The translations under genes were made by a program, and so were the position numbers. A stretch of DNA of 64,000 bases, taken from positions 32,552-96,551 of the forward strand of contig DAIRSI010000010.1 in the NCBI GenBank assembly GCA_036804505.1, read 5' to 3'. A model generated the notes under the pieces. The model saw only the letters and a program-made list of their open reading frames with translations, did no database searches and was not told where the DNA came from. Positions 47,680-56,978 of the stretch are shown here, one piece after another (position 1 is the stretch's first letter; every line of letters starts with the position of its first letter). The stretch is from Bacteroidaceae bacterium (GTDB taxonomy: Bacteria; Bacteroidota; Bacteroidia; Bacteroidales; Bacteroidaceae).

Positions 47680-49407
47680 TTAGATTTTACTTATCCATTC
47701 GGCAATTGTTTCTACAGAAGGATTGGCAAGCTCTAATTTGAATTTTTTGTTTATACCGCAGATATCCATCTGTAATTTTTGAGGTTTTACATCTTTCATG
47801 TCAGAAACCAGATTGTAACCTGCTTTCTGTATCAACGGAACCCATTCTTCAGGAATTCCCAATGCTGTATATTTTGAACTGTCGTCTTTGGCAGCTTTCT
47901 TTTCGGGGCGCATCTGAGGGAAGAACAGTACTTCCTGAATGGTTGTCTGTCCTGTCATCAGCATCACCATGCGGTCTATACCGATACCGATACCTGAGGT
48001 TGGCGGCATTCCATATTGCAAGGCGCGAAGGAAGTCCTGGTCGATGATCATAGCCTCATCATCTCCCTTGTCAGCAAGACGCATTTGCTCTTTGAAACGT
48101 TCTTCCTGATCTAACGGATCGTTTAGCTCGGAATAGGCGTTTGCCAATTCTTTTCCGTTGACCATGAGTTCGAAACGTTCTGTCAATCCGGGTTTGCTGC
48201 GGTGAATTTTCGTCAAAGGAGACATTTCTACAGGATAATCTGTAATGAACGTAGGTTGAATGAATGTTCCTTCACAGAATTCTCCGAAGATTTCGTCAAT
48301 CAGTTTTCCTTTTCCCATAGTGTCATCGATTTCCTCCATTTTCAAATCTTTGCAAATCTGGCGGATTTCTTCTTCGCTCTTGTCATTCAAGTCGTAACCG
48401 GTTTTTTCTTTGATTGCATCGAGAATAGGCAAGCGGCGATAGGGAGCCTTGAAGCTGATGGTTTTGCCATCAATGACGCTTTCTGTACAGCCGTTGACTG
48501 CAATGCAGATTCGTTCAAGCAGTTTTTCTGTGAAACTCATCATCCAATTGTAGTCTTTGTACTGAACGTATAATTCCATGCATGTAAATTCAGGATTGTG
48601 ACTTTTGTCCATTCCCTCGTTGCGGAAGTTCTTTCCTATTTCATATACGCCTTCAAATCCTCCCACGATGAGACGCTTCAGATAAAGCTCGGTGGCGATA
48701 CGCAGATATAAATCAATGTCGAGGGAATTATGGTGTGTTATAAACGGCCGTGCGCTGGCTCCTCCTGCAATAGACTGGAGAATAGGTGTCTCTACTTCAG
48801 TGTAGCCGGCCTCATCCAGTGCATTTCGTAGCGTGCGAACTATTGTGGCACGTTTTAGGAATGTTCCTTTCACTTCTTCGTTTACCACCAAATCCACATA
48901 GCGCTGACGGTAGCGAAGCTCCGGGTCTTCAAATTTATCATAAGCAACCCCGTCCTTATATTTTACAATAGGCAGCGGCTTGATACTTTTTGACAACACA
49001 GTCAGCTTTTGAGCATGTATGCTTATTTCGCCCATTTGGGTTTTGAAGACAAAGCCTTCGATACCGATAAAGTCTCCCAAATCCAGAAGGCGTTTGAATA
49101 CGGTTGTATATAAATCTTTATTCTCCCCCGGGCAGATGTCATCGCGTGTGATGTAAATTTGAATTCTTCCTTTGGAGTCTTGTAACTCAATGAAAGAAGC
49201 CTTACCCATGATTCTCCGGCTCATCAGTCTTCCCGCTACTGATACCTTGCGAGGTTCTTCATCTTCTTTGAATTCAGCTTTGATATCTGTGGAGAATGCA
49301 TTGGTTACATATTCTGCAGCAGGGTATGGATTGATACCCATGGCGCGCAATTCGTTCAGATTATTGCGTCTGACGATTTCTTGTTCGCTAAGATCTAATA
49401 TATTCAT
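47680..49407 (-). CDS. lysS: lysine--tRNA ligase (class II) with a ~70-aa C-terminal extension
   Basis: 575 aa. OB anticodon-binding N-domain, class II motifs (..[15 protein letters not shown].., ..[10 protein letters not shown]..), then extra sequence after ..FFPQMRPE. Confidence 0.93.
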   Translation of the reverse strand: MNILDLSEQEIVRRNNLNELRAMGINPYPAAEYVTNAFSTDIKAEFKEDEEPRKVSVAGRLMSRRIMGKASFIELQDSKGRIQIYITRDDICPGENKDLYTTVFKRLLDLGDFIGIEGFVFKTQMGEISIHAQKLTVLSKSIKPLPIVKYKDGVAYDKFEDPELRYRQRYVDLVVNEEVKGTFLKRATIVRTLRNALDEAGYTEVETPILQSIAGGASARPFITHHNSLDIDLYLRIATELYLKRLIVGGFEGVYEIGKNFRNEGMDKSHNPEFTCMELYVQYKDYNWMMSFTEKLLERICIAVNGCTESVIDGKTISFKAPYRRLPILDAIKEKTGYDLNDKSEEEIRQICKDLKMEEIDDTMGKGKLIDEIFGEFCEGTFIQPTFITDYPVEMSPLTKIHRSKPGLTERFELMVNGKELANAYSELNDPLDQEERFKEQMRLADKGDDEAMIIDQDFLRALQYGMPPTSGIGIGIDRMVMLMTGQTTIQEVLFFPQMRPEKKAAKDDSSKYTALGIPEEWVPLIQKAGYNLVSDMKDVKPQKLQMDICGINKKFKLELANPSVETIAEWISKI

Positions 49408-49438
49408 TTTCTTTCTTGATGATTATATAAATTAATTG

Positions 49439-49446
49439 CAAAAGTA
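49439..49446 (-). promoter_or_regulatory. Bacteroides-type -7 box (TACTTTTG on minus strand)
   Basis: CAAAAGTA on + strand, ~31 nt upstream of ATG 49407. Confidence 0.5.
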
Positions 49447-49510
49447 CTAATTAGTTTGGGATATTCCTTATATAAATGGAACTTTTTGCATTCCGCATTT
49501 CAACAGAGAC

Positions 49511-49551
49511 AAAAAAAATAGTCCATATTGTACCTCTGTACTATGGACTAT
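49511..49551 (-). terminator. rho-independent terminator downstream of aroC
   Basis: Perfect 10-bp stem ATAGTCCATA / TATGGACTAT, 14-nt loop, eight-T run on the minus strand. Confidence 0.8.
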
Positions 49552-49624
49552 TTCCAACACAAAAACTAAACTAGACTTAACTAAACTATTCTATTTCGGA
49601 ATTTCACAATCCCTTTTTCGCTTA

Positions 49625-49632
49625 CAAAGATA
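49625..49632 (-). promoter_or_regulatory. orphan Bacteroides-type -7 box (TATCTTTG on minus strand) between the aroC stop and the terminator
   Basis: CAAAGATA on + strand. No ORF follows it; about 105 nt separate it from the terminator at 49511-49551. Confidence 0.3.
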
Positions 49633-49683
49633 TATCACTTTTTTCTATTAACTAAGAAAAGAATGTAAAAAAAATAAAAAATT

Positions 49684-50778
49684 TTATTTTAAACAGTCTT
49701 TTCTATAATTTTTGTAGTTATTAAGAAGAATATAATCCAATATTGTCATGGAGGCCATCGCTTCAACAACCGGCACTGCACGTGGAAGGACACAAGCATC
49801 GTGTCTTCCTCTGGCTTTTATTGTTGTTTCATTGCCTTCAGTGTCAACAGTGGCTTGTTCCATCAAAATCGTGGCGACTGGCTTGAATGCAACTCGAAAA
49901 TAAATGTCTTGTCCGTTGCTGATTCCTCCTTGTATTCCTCCTGAACGGTTTGTCCGGGTTTCTATGTGCCCTTCGTCGTTGAAAAAAACATCATTTTGTT
50001 GCGAACCTCTCAGTTCCATGTGGCTGAATCCCTGTCCGTATTCAAATCCCTTTGCAGCATTGATGCTCATCATGGCTCCGGCAAGAGCTGCTTGAAGCTT
50101 TCCGAAGACTGGTTCTCCCAATCCTGCGGGACAGCCTTTTATCACACAGGTTATCACGCCGCCTATGGTATCGCCTTTGCCTTTTACTTCGGCAACGAGA
50201 TTTTCCATTTTTGCGGCAGTTTCAGGATCCGGGCATCTCACCATATTGGTCTCCGTCAGGCTTAAGTCATATTCCGTGTAATCTTTGTCCAAGACAATGG
50301 GTCCTATCTGGGAAGTATATGCCTGAATCTGGATTCCTTTGCTTTTCAGTGCCAGTTTTGCCAAGGCGCCTCCCACACAGCGTGCAATTGTTTCGCGTGC
50401 CGAAGAACGTCCACCTCCCCGATAGTCTCGTATTCCATATTTAGTGAAATAGGTGAAGTCGGCATGAGAGGGACGAAACACATTCCGCAAATTCTCATAG
50501 TCATTGCTATGCTGATTCTCGTTGCGCACGATGAAGCCGATGGGGCAACCTGTACTTTTCCCTTCGAAAATGCCCGAAAGAAACTCAACTTTGTCATCTT
50601 CCTTTCTAGGAGTAGTGAGTTTGTTTTGTCCGGGTTTGCGGCGATTCAGTTCTTCTTGAATAAAGTCCAAGTCGATATCTATACCGGAAGGAAACCCATC
50701 GATTACTCCTCCTATGGCGGGTCCGTGGGATTCTCCAAAGCTGGTCAGTCTGAATATATTTCCGAAGGTATTACTCAT
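49684..50778 (-). CDS. aroC: chorismate synthase
   Basis: 364 aa. N-terminal ..[18 protein letters not shown].. and a full-length AroC pattern. Confidence 0.93.
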   Translation of the reverse strand: MSNTFGNIFRLTSFGESHGPAIGGVIDGFPSGIDIDLDFIQEELNRRKPGQNKLTTPRKEDDKVEFLSGIFEGKSTGCPIGFIVRNENQHSNDYENLRNVFRPSHADFTYFTKYGIRDYRGGGRSSARETIARCVGGALAKLALKSKGIQIQAYTSQIGPIVLDKDYTEYDLSLTETNMVRCPDPETAAKMENLVAEVKGKGDTIGGVITCVIKGCPAGLGEPVFGKLQAALAGAMMSINAAKGFEYGQGFSHMELRGSQQNDVFFNDEGHIETRTNRSGGIQGGISNGQDIYFRVAFKPVATILMEQATVDTEGNETTIKARGRHDACVLPRAVPVVEAMASMTILDYILLNNYKNYRKDCLK

Positions 50779-50789
50779 GATTTATTATT

Positions 50790-51395
50790 TTAGTGACATT
50801 GTCCGCATCCGCAACCGTCTTCGTGGTGATGATCGCACTTATCTCCGCACTCATCTCCGCAGTCGCCTCCACAGCCGTCGCATCCGCAACCGCATCCTTC
50901 TCCGCTCAACATGTTCAGCGTATTTTGGATTTCTGTGTTGGTGGCTTCACGTGATTCTACTATTTCACCTTCGAATGTAAGGTCTTTGCCTGCCAACGGA
51001 TGATTAAGGTCGAGAATAACGGTTTCTTCTTTTACTTCAGCCACCAAACCATTGAAACGGTCGCCGTCTGCATTACTCAAAGGAACCACATTGCCTGCAT
51101 AGATGTTTTCTTCATCGAATTTACCGTCGATTTTGAAAATGTCTTTCGATACTTCCAATACTCTGGCTTCTTCTCTTTCTTCATAGGCATCTTTCACCGG
51201 TATGGTGAAGTTGAATTTATCGCCGGCATTCAGATTTTTCAATTGATTTTCGAAAGCGTCCAGAGTTGTGCCAAGTCCTGAGATAAACTGGAAAGGGCGT
51301 TCTTTAGTAGCTTTTTCTACAAGTTCTCTTTTACCTTGGTTATCGACGTAAAGTTCGTAAGCAACCGTGATATACTTGTTTGGGGTTGTTTCCAT
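50790..51395 (-). CDS. slyD: FKBP-type peptidyl-prolyl isomerase SlyD with a Cys/Gly/Asp/His-rich C-terminal tail
   Basis: 201 aa. FKBP plus IF-domain pattern (..YELYVDN.., ..LDLNHPLAGKDL.F.G.I..), with tail GCGCGCDGCGGDCGDECGDKCDHHHEDGCGCGQCH. Confidence 0.88.
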   Translation of the reverse strand: METTPNKYITVAYELYVDNQGKRELVEKATKERPFQFISGLGTTLDAFENQLKNLNAGDKFNFTIPVKDAYEEREEARVLEVSKDIFKIDGKFDEENIYAGNVVPLSNADGDRFNGLVAEVKEETVILDLNHPLAGKDLTFEGEIVESREATNTEIQNTLNMLSGEGCGCGCDGCGGDCGDECGDKCDHHHEDGCGCGQCH

Positions 51396-51428
51396 AAATT
51401 TCTATTGTTTTTAATTGATAATTTCATG

Positions 51429-51436
51429 CAAAGATA
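51429..51436 (-). promoter_or_regulatory. Bacteroides-type -7 box (TATCTTTG on minus strand)
   Basis: CAAAGATA on + strand, ~33 nt upstream of ATG 51395. Confidence 0.5.
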
Positions 51437-51518
51437 CAGCTTTATTTTCAATTATTCGGTATCCTTTTTAGTATTCTGCAAAATTAACTGATTATATAAA
51501 AAAGGTGTAACCTGTGGA

Positions 51519-51566
51519 GAAAAAAGATATAACCAGCCGTGAGGTCTCCGCCGGTTATATCTTTTT
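51519..51566. terminator. rho-independent terminator after the sensor kinase gene (bidirectional shape)
   Basis: Stem GATATAACCAGC / GCCGGTTATATC (11/12 bp), flanked by an A-run and a T-run. Confidence 0.7.
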
Positions 51567-51607
51567 CCTCTGCCGGTTATGTTTTTCTGTAATTGATAAT
51601 CAATGCT

Positions 51608-53953
51608 TTATGCATATGGTAAAATTACTGAGAATGTGCTTCCTTTACCTACTTCGGATTCGACTTCAATACGTCCATTCATTTTTTGCATGATGATTCG
51701 TGAAATGGAAAGCCCTAAACCTGTTCCTTGTACAAATTCATCTGATTTGTAGAATCTGTCGAATATCAGCTTTTGTTCTTCTTTCGTAATTCCTTTTCCG
51801 GAATCGTCTACGGATATTTTGACTTCTTTTTGACAGTCATTATAGGTGAGGCTAAGCTTTATAAATCCTTTTGCGGTGAATTTATTGGCATTGCTTAGAA
51901 AATTTGTAACGACTTGGGTCAATCTTAAACGGTCAATCAGAATATTTTCAGACTTGTGATCTTGGGGAATGACAAGAGAAAAATTCAGATTTTTGTTGAT
52001 GATGACGCGATGAGTCTGGTATATTTCATGAATGATTTCATTGGCAGGAAATATTTTCATATTGAATGATAAATTTCCGGATTCTATTCGCGACATTTCC
52101 AGAACATCGTTTACCAATTTCAATAAATTTTCATTGTTCCTTTGTATGATATCGATGAAACTGGCTTTTTCTTCTTCGGACAATTCGTTGTCGGGATCGG
52201 CCAGCAGATTGGAGAATCCAACAATGGCGTTAAGGGGAGTGCGTATTTCATGACTCATATTAGCCAGAAAAGATTGTTTCAGCTCGGCTTGTTCTGCGAG
52301 TTCTTTGGCTTTAATCAGTTCGAACTCTCTTTGTTTCGACCTTTCAATATCTTGCAATAATCCGCAAGTAACGGCTTCTCCGTTGAATTCCGAATTGCGG
52401 AATCTCCATTCTACCCAAATGTATTCTTGAGGAACTGTCGATGATATTTTCATTTGGTAGATGTGAGTCTTTTTGTCGTTTTTCTTGTATTGGAAATTAA
52501 GATTCAACAACATGGTGTTGAATTCATCCATATCTTGAGGATGTATCAGTTCCCTTAACTTATCAACAGAAAGATGTATATCATTTATTGGAATAATCTG
52601 AGCTGCTGATTCATCGAATTTGAAATATCCGTTTTGGTAACTCCATGCCGCGTTTTGTGAACCTCTGATAGACAAGTATAGTTTGTTTTGAAGAGATTCC
52701 ATTTTTTTGAGACGGTTGTTTTGAACTTTGTTCTTTTTAATTTGCTTAATCCATCCCGAAATTGAAATTGAGATGGAACCGAGTATAATGATGCATAAAA
52801 CAATCAAAAGAGTTTTATGTTTAAGATACCAAGGGTAGTTTATTATTTTTACGTCCGAAGATAATGAATCAAGGTCCAGATAATTATATTTCGAAGCTAT
52901 TGCCCAATCTATTATATATTCCTTAGCCAAATCGATACGCCTTTGGCTAGGATATTTGTTGTTGAAAAGTTCTGCGGCAAGATCGCAAACCGTCTGTGCT
53001 GTTATTTCGTCTGAAGAAAAATATCCTCCAGTTATTTCACATTCGTTGAGTCCTTCTCTGATGCAACTGAATACCGGGCTTGGAAAGAGAGATGATATGG
53101 AACAAAGAGTCATATCCATAGAATCTATTAGAAAAATCCGGCTTTCCTTTGTCTGAGTTTGATTGAAATTGGATATGATTTGATATCCGTCAAGAAATCT
53201 GATAGGTATTATTTTAAAATAAATGTTGGATTTTATGTATCTTTTCGATTGATTGATAGAGTCAAAATCCGCTATCGTCTTGTACCATGTTTTTTTTGAT
53301 TCGTTGGATACGTTGCCTTCATAATAGGATGTTATGTAATGAGTCTTTTCAACTTGGGATAAATAGGATTGGATTGCAATTTTATCCAGTGTGCTTGTAC
53401 TGTAATTTATGCATATAGCCAATGGTTGCGGTCTCTTATATATCTTTTTTATGAATTGTGCGTTCTTAATGAAATTAGGGGTGTCTGCAAGACAATAGAC
53501 AGGGTTATTGCGATTCTCTTCCAGCTCTTTCTTGTTTGGATAATGAATGCCCATTAGAATGCTAGGACATTTTTTTAGTAGAGGGTGCTTAGTCTTTAAG
53601 AATGAATATGCACCTTGGTCATTTTGAACAATGATGAGATCGACATGCAAAGATGCGATGCTGTTTAAAATGAGTTTCATTTGTTCAATTTCTTCAAAAG
53701 AACCATATTTTTCACAATTGAGATATTTCTCATAAAAGGAAACTCGAAATCCCTTTTTTTTCAGATTGTATTCGATAAGTCCTTTCATGTTTTTTTGCCC
53801 TACGTCCGCTGGAGTAAAAGAATAAATAATAGCAACTTTTTTCAATGGCATGTCTTTATTGTTTCCATCATTTTTTGCTGAAAACAACATGGTTGCTATG
53901 ATAATTAGTACAATCGTTATAGCTATGTATATTTTATACATCCTTCTAAACAT
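51608..53953 (-). CDS. sensor histidine kinase with a periplasmic-binding-protein-like N-terminal domain, TM, PAS-like region, HisKA and HATPase_c
   Basis: 781 aa. H-box MSHEIRTPLNAI, N-box ..NANKFT.., G-boxes DDSGKGI and GTGLGLS. TM segments near residues 10-25 and ~390-410. Confidence 0.88.
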   Translation of the reverse strand: MFRRMYKIYIAITIVLIIIATMLFSAKNDGNNKDMPLKKVAIIYSFTPADVGQKNMKGLIEYNLKKKGFRVSFYEKYLNCEKYGSFEEIEQMKLILNSIASLHVDLIIVQNDQGAYSFLKTKHPLLKKCPSILMGIHYPNKKELEENRNNPVYCLADTPNFIKNAQFIKKIYKRPQPLAICINYSTSTLDKIAIQSYLSQVEKTHYITSYYEGNVSNESKKTWYKTIADFDSINQSKRYIKSNIYFKIIPIRFLDGYQIISNFNQTQTKESRIFLIDSMDMTLCSISSLFPSPVFSCIREGLNECEITGGYFSSDEITAQTVCDLAAELFNNKYPSQRRIDLAKEYIIDWAIASKYNYLDLDSLSSDVKIINYPWYLKHKTLLIVLCIIILGSISISISGWIKQIKKNKVQNNRLKKMESLQNKLYLSIRGSQNAAWSYQNGYFKFDESAAQIIPINDIHLSVDKLRELIHPQDMDEFNTMLLNLNFQYKKNDKKTHIYQMKISSTVPQEYIWVEWRFRNSEFNGEAVTCGLLQDIERSKQREFELIKAKELAEQAELKQSFLANMSHEIRTPLNAIVGFSNLLADPDNELSEEEKASFIDIIQRNNENLLKLVNDVLEMSRIESGNLSFNMKIFPANEIIHEIYQTHRVIINKNLNFSLVIPQDHKSENILIDRLRLTQVVTNFLSNANKFTAKGFIKLSLTYNDCQKEVKISVDDSGKGITKEEQKLIFDRFYKSDEFVQGTGLGLSISRIIMQKMNGRIEVESEVGKGSTFSVILPYA

Positions 53954-53971
53954 AAAGACTCAATTATTCTT

Positions 53972-54712
53972 TTATTTTACGTATATATTTAATTTTTCCC
54001 ATATACGGCCGGGAATCATTTTCCATAAGGAAGTCAATATGCGGTATTTCCAGTCGATAACGCGGATACGGCATTTCTTTTCAAGTGCATCGGCAATTTC
54101 CAGAGCCACTTTATCAGGGCTCAACATCATAGGGTAATTGTGATTGTCGTTGAGTAAAGCTGTGGATACAAAGCCCGGACGAATATCCGTGATATGTATA
54201 TTCAGCTTTTCCATTCCAGCCAATTGAACCAGACTTTGCAAATAAGTGTTTTGAAATCGTTTAGTGGCAGAATAGGAGGGTGCTACACCTATACCTTTGG
54301 TTCCGGCGATGGATGTGATGGCTGCAATATGTCCTCCTTCGGGAATATCTCGAAAATAGTTGAATGCCGTGTCAATCATGCGAACGAATCCTTCGCCATT
54401 AGTCTGTAAAGTTTCGGTTTCAATATTTTGGTCTAAATGACGGTTTTGTTTGCCTATTCCCGAACTGTGGAAGTATATATCCAGCCCGCCCAATCTTTTA
54501 ATAAGGTCAAGCAGAATGGTTGGGGAATCGGTATTTCTTATGTCAATTTGAGCAATTTCAATAGTTTCTGGTGATAGCGATTTAAGATCATAAAGCTCTT
54601 GAATTCTTCTACCGCAAAGTCCTACTTTCCAACCTTTTTTGATATATATAAGAGCAACTTCTCGTCCTATGCCCGATGTGGCTCCCATGATAATGATTCT
54701 TTTTTTCTCCAT
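53972..54712 (-). CDS. SDR family oxidoreductase
   Basis: MGATSGIGREVA cofactor motif and catalytic YSATK. ATG 54712 preferred over the TTG at 54715. Confidence 0.88.
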   Translation of the reverse strand: MEKKRIIIMGATSGIGREVALIYIKKGWKVGLCGRRIQELYDLKSLSPETIEIAQIDIRNTDSPTILLDLIKRLGGLDIYFHSSGIGKQNRHLDQNIETETLQTNGEGFVRMIDTAFNYFRDIPEGGHIAAITSIAGTKGIGVAPSYSATKRFQNTYLQSLVQLAGMEKLNIHITDIRPGFVSTALLNDNHNYPMMLSPDKVALEIADALEKKCRIRVIDWKYRILTSLWKMIPGRIWEKLNIYVK

Positions 54713-54753
54713 CAAAAAATATTTACAGTATCACTCCTTTTTGCTGTCAATTG

Positions 54754-54761
54754 CAAAGATA
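54754..54761 (-). promoter_or_regulatory. Bacteroides-type -7 box (TATCTTTG on minus strand)
   Basis: CAAAGATA on + strand, ~41 nt upstream of ATG 54712. Confidence 0.45.
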
Positions 54762-54833
54762 TAAAAAAACTTTCGTACAAGCGTATTTTGTTTCTCTTTT
54801 TATCTAATTGTTCTTTAATTGGAAAAAAGGATG

Positions 54834-54841
54834 TATATTTG
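54834..54841 (+). promoter_or_regulatory. Bacteroides-type -7 box TATATTTG
   Basis: Matches TAnnTTTG, 18 nt upstream of ATG 54860. It is the only consensus box I found ahead of the 54860-62312 gene string. Confidence 0.5.
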
Positions 54842-54859
54842 CAGAGCTAAAAAAAGCGT

Positions 54860-55894
54860 ATGGAGAATACTGGAGATACAAAGCCTTTAATGGGAATGAC
54901 ACTCAGCCAGATACAGAATGTGGTGAAGTGCGTGGGGATGCCTGGCTACACAGCCAAGCAGATAGTTTCATGGCTGTATGTCAAAGGTGTGAAGTCAATT
55001 GATGAAATGACCAATTTGTCATTGAAGAATAGGGAAGTACTCAAGGAACGTTTCTCTATCGGTGCTTCTGATCCCGTGGACAGCATGCGTTCTCAAGACG
55101 GAACGGTGAAGTACCTGTATCAGACGTCGGAAGGCAACTTTGTGGAAACAGTATATATCCCGGAGGAAGACAGAGCTACTCTTTGTGTTTCCTCCCAAGT
55201 GGGATGTAAAATGAACTGTTCTTTTTGCATGACCGGGAAACAAGGTTTTTCCGCCAATCTGACAACAAATGAAATTTTGAATCAGATTTATTCCTTGCCT
55301 GAACGTGAGAATTTGACTAATATCGTGTTCATGGGTATGGGCGAACCTTTCGATAATCTGGATAATGTTCTGCCTGCTTTGGATATTCTTACGTCGGATT
55401 ATGGATATGGTTGGAGTCCGAAACGAATAACGGTAAGCAGTGTGGGCTTGAGAAAAGGATTGACTCGTTTCATAGAGGAAAGCGAATGTCATCTGGCCAT
55501 CAGTTTGCATACACCTGTATCCGTTCAGAGAAGTGCGATGATGCCTGCTGAAAAATCTTTTGCCATTTCAGAGATTGTGGAGGAACTTAAACAATATGAT
55601 TGGAGCAAGCAGCGCCGCCTTTCTTTCGAATATATTGTATTTAAAGGTCTCAATGATTCCTTGGTTTATGCAAAGGAATTGGTGAAGCTTTTGCGAGGAT
55701 TGGATTGTAGAGTGAATCTCATACGGTTTCATTCTATTCCGGGTGCTGATTTTCAGGGAGCGGATGAAGAGACGATGATGGCATTTCGTGACTATCTCAC
55801 CGATCACGGCATATTTTCTTCCATACGTGCATCCCGAGGAGAAGATATTTTCGCTGCATGCGGAATGCTTTCAACGGCGAAACAGAAAAAATAA
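54860..55894 (+). CDS. rlmN: 23S rRNA (adenine2503-C2)-methyltransferase, radical SAM
   Basis: 344 aa; ..CVSSQVGCKMNCSFCMTG.. (CxxxCxxC) and C-terminal ..GEDIFAACGML... Confidence 0.92.
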   Translation: MENTGDTKPLMGMTLSQIQNVVKCVGMPGYTAKQIVSWLYVKGVKSIDEMTNLSLKNREVLKERFSIGASDPVDSMRSQDGTVKYLYQTSEGNFVETVYIPEEDRATLCVSSQVGCKMNCSFCMTGKQGFSANLTTNEILNQIYSLPERENLTNIVFMGMGEPFDNLDNVLPALDILTSDYGYGWSPKRITVSSVGLRKGLTRFIEESECHLAISLHTPVSVQRSAMMPAEKSFAISEIVEELKQYDWSKQRRLSFEYIVFKGLNDSLVYAKELVKLLRGLDCRVNLIRFHSIPGADFQGADEETMMAFRDYLTDHGIFSSIRASRGEDIFAACGMLSTAKQKK

Positions 55895-55919
55895 TAACGA
55901 ATAAAAAGATAAAGGGCTT

Positions 55920-56969
55920 ATGAAAAGGTTGATCATTAGTATGAGCGTCATAACATTGGTAATGCTTTCGCTCGTGTCTTGTAGAAATAAGAAAAGCGGG
56001 ACCGACTTGTTGACACCGGCCTCCAGCGGGCGTCCTTATGAAGTCACGGTGATTATGGCTGACAGTCTTTGGAACAGACCTGCAGGACGTGCAGTCTTTG
56101 CGGCACTGGATACCGATGTACCCGGATTGCCCCAATCCGAGCGTTCGTTCTTTATCTACCATATGGATGTACAGAATTATGACCAGATTACCAGATTGTC
56201 CCGAAACTTGATTTTGGTTGACATAAATCCGAATCTGTATACACAGACAAAATTCAAATATCAGCGGGATGTTTATTCTTCTCCGCAGATGATCATGACG
56301 ATACAGTCACCCGATGAGAATGAACTGACAGCTTATGTGAATACTCATCGGAATGCAATTGTGGAATTCTTTACTCTCGCTGAAATGAATCGAGAAGTGG
56401 AATTCCTGAAACAACATCACAACAGAAATCTTTCGGATAAGGTTAAGGAAATGTTTAATTGCGAAATGAATATTCCCGAAGAACTCAGATCGTTCAAAGT
56501 AGGCAAGGATTTTGTCTGGGCATCGACCAATAAGGGAACTGCCGATATGAATTTCGTAATGTATTCCTATCCTTACACGAGTAACAAGACATTTACCAAA
56601 GAATATTTTATTGCCAAGCGTGATTCTTTCATGAAAGCGAATATACCGGGAGCAAAGCCGAATATGCATATGGCTACCGATTCAGAGTTTGTGGACGTGA
56701 AGAATATTATGGTAAAGAAGAATTACGCAATGGAAGCTCGCGGATTATGGGAAATGGAACACGACATGATGGGTGGACCGTTCGTTTCACACAGCAGTGT
56801 GGATACCGTGAACAACCGAGTAATTGTGGTAGAGGGATTTGTGTATGCCCCCGATACCAAGAAAAGAGATTTGATGAGAAAGATGGAAGCATCTCTCTAT
56901 ACCCTTCAGTTGCCTGCAGGACCTAAAAAAGTCCCGGGAATGAAGGCCGCCAGTAAAAAAACAAAATAA
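55920..56969 (+). CDS. lipoprotein of unknown function (DUF4837-like)
   Basis: 349 aa. Lipobox ..MLSLVSC. The family name comes from memory of Bacteroidetes proteins with ..GRPYEV.V....W....G......D.PGLPQ.E..F pattern. Confidence 0.7.
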   Translation: MKRLIISMSVITLVMLSLVSCRNKKSGTDLLTPASSGRPYEVTVIMADSLWNRPAGRAVFAALDTDVPGLPQSERSFFIYHMDVQNYDQITRLSRNLILVDINPNLYTQTKFKYQRDVYSSPQMIMTIQSPDENELTAYVNTHRNAIVEFFTLAEMNREVEFLKQHHNRNLSDKVKEMFNCEMNIPEELRSFKVGKDFVWASTNKGTADMNFVMYSYPYTSNKTFTKEYFIAKRDSFMKANIPGAKPNMHMATDSEFVDVKNIMVKKNYAMEARGLWEMEHDMMGGPFVSHSSVDTVNNRVIVVEGFVYAPDTKKRDLMRKMEASLYTLQLPAGPKKVPGMKAASKKTK

Positions 56970-56978
56970 AGATTGAAC

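Noticed and set aside
50714-50980. 88-aa plus-strand ORF with a repetitive RIRNR/LRSRLHSRR peptide.
   Set aside because: It is the antisense reading of the Cys/Gly-rich SlyD tail codons, a low-complexity artefact.
51413-51600. 10-mer AATTGATAAT present twice (51413-51422 and 51591-51600) flanking the slyD/kinase spacer.
   Set aside because: A short AT-only repeat in an AT-rich spacer. There is no extended similarity around it and no target-site-duplication context.
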